IMG/VR virus record: IMGVR_UViG_3300028030_000008
Coordinates: 1 to 64,000 of that record
Direction: 5' to 3' (one strand)
Source: a virus
DNA length: 64,000 bases
Shown: in pieces, positions 63,275-64,000 of the stretch
How positions within the stretch are numbered: position 1 is the first letter of the stretch
How the letters are laid out: each line of letters starts with the position of its first letter
Translations under genes and position numbers: made by a program
The notes under the pieces: model-generated
The model's database searches: none
Told to the model about the DNA's origin: nothing
The model's input: the letters and a program-made list of their open reading frames with translations, nothing else

Positions 63275-64000
63275 GTCAACTACATATCGACTAAAAGTCG
63301 GTAACTTGCCCGTCCGGTTGAAAACCGGCTAAAGAATTAGCCGAACCAGCGTGCTTAAGGGGCGGTTGACACGCCCCATCACCGACCAGGTCTTGCCTGG
63401 CGATGATACCGCGCAATCTAATGTTGCGGGCGGCATTTAGGTCAGAATTAGCAGAGTAACCGCAAGCTCCACACTTAAAATTATGACGCTTACGATTAGA
63501 CTTGGCAACAAAACCGCATACAGAACAACCCTGAGACGTGTGCTTTGGATCAATCTTGATGACCTCAAAGCCTTCGCTTCTGGCTTTGTAGCTAATAAAT
63601 TCATCAAGTTGATAGAAAGCCCATTGATTAAGGTCAGTACGGAACGCCTTACGCAGTTTGCGTCCCTTCCTGATACCCTTCAAATCTTCAAGGGCAATCA
63701 TTGGGTCGCCAGTCTCTTTAGCAAACTCAATAATGCGCTTACTGATAACGTGATTTGTATTCTTGGTAAAACGCGCTTGCTTTCCGCTTTGCCGTTTCAG
63801 AACGCGCCTGATGGAGCGCGTGTTCTTCTGTGCCTTCTTCCTTTGGAGGCTAGAGCGCGTTTTTTGATAGCGACCTCTAACGTGTTTCGTTTGACCGCCG
63901 CCAAAAAACAAACTACGTTTACCATCGGTCACAACAGCAAGATTGTTAATCCCCCTGTCAATACCGATAACCGCATCATTTGGCTTGCTAATTTCCGCTA
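63275..64000 (-). mobile_element. IS200/IS605-family element (right end plus tnpB), truncated by the window
   Basis: Right end GCAAGTTACCGACTTTTAGTCGATATGTAG-TTGAC ending at 63275. Confidence 0.8.
63291..64000 (-). CDS. tnpB: TnpB RNA-guided nuclease (partial)
   Basis: RuvC-I IGIDRG (upstream of the track start), RuvC-II ALEDL, CSVCG/CGACG, RuvC-III NSDLNAARNI. Confidence 0.93.
   Translation of the reverse strand, partial: AEISKPNDAVIGIDRGINNLAVVTDGKRSLFFGGGQTKHVRGRYQKTRSSLQRKKAQKNTRSIRRVLKRQSGKQARFTKNTNHVISKRIIEFAKETGDPMIALEDLKGIRKGRKLRKAFRTDLNQWAFYQLDEFISYKARSEGFEVIKIDPKHTSQGCSVCGFVAKSNRKRHNFKCGACGYSANSDLNAARNIRLRGIIARQDLVGDGACQPPLKHAGSANSLAGFQPDGQVTDF

Noticed and set aside
62770-63279. 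169-aa - strand ORF in the track
   Set aside because: Antisense to the Arc gene, starts at the IS end TTG, no RBS.

Overview
The window is a 64-kb segment of a large tailed dsDNA phage genome in the standard genetic code. The host is inferred to be Chloroflexota/Anaerolineae, from the SSB sequence and the many leaderless sigma70 promoters. 1-3.7 kb (-): neck protein, head-tail adaptor, major capsid, decoration protein and a Mu-like protease/scaffold. 4-10.6 kb (+): an opposite-strand block with a DEDDh exonuclease, SSB, dCTP deaminase and a sugar acetyltransferase. 10.6-21.9 kb (-): three glycosyltransferases, virion accessory proteins, a portal fused to a HExxH metallopeptidase, TerL and probable TerS. 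22-33 kb: DUF1064 nuclease, holin, SleB-like hydrolase, dUTPase, Ref-like nuclease, RNase AS-like exonuclease, FtsK ATPase, C5-MTase-like protein and a PAPS-reductase-like gene. 33.2-34 kb: a divergent non-coding region with helically phased repeats. 34-52 kb (+): an early-type region of small genes interleaved with many structured non-coding elements. 52-63 kb: 5'-3' exonuclease, two amino-MTases, Mre11/Rad50 and a DnaB-like helicase, followed by a catalytically intact tnpB cut by the window edge. The most notable observations are: (1) integron-type gene cassettes with two complete attC sites at 44.9-45.7 kb and no integrase in the window; (2) a stand-alone TnpB omegaRNA unit (promoter, scaffold, TCAC end, ~24-nt guide, terminator) upstream of the head operon; (3) two C4/CI-like antisense RNA modules with different pairing sequences; (4) mini-genes resembling the TerL N-terminus and a prohead-protease fold; (5) tRNA-like RNAs with large inserts, preceded by three DnaA boxes; (6) an anti-Shine-Dalgarno sRNA. 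All functional calls come from motif recognition by eye; no database search was run.
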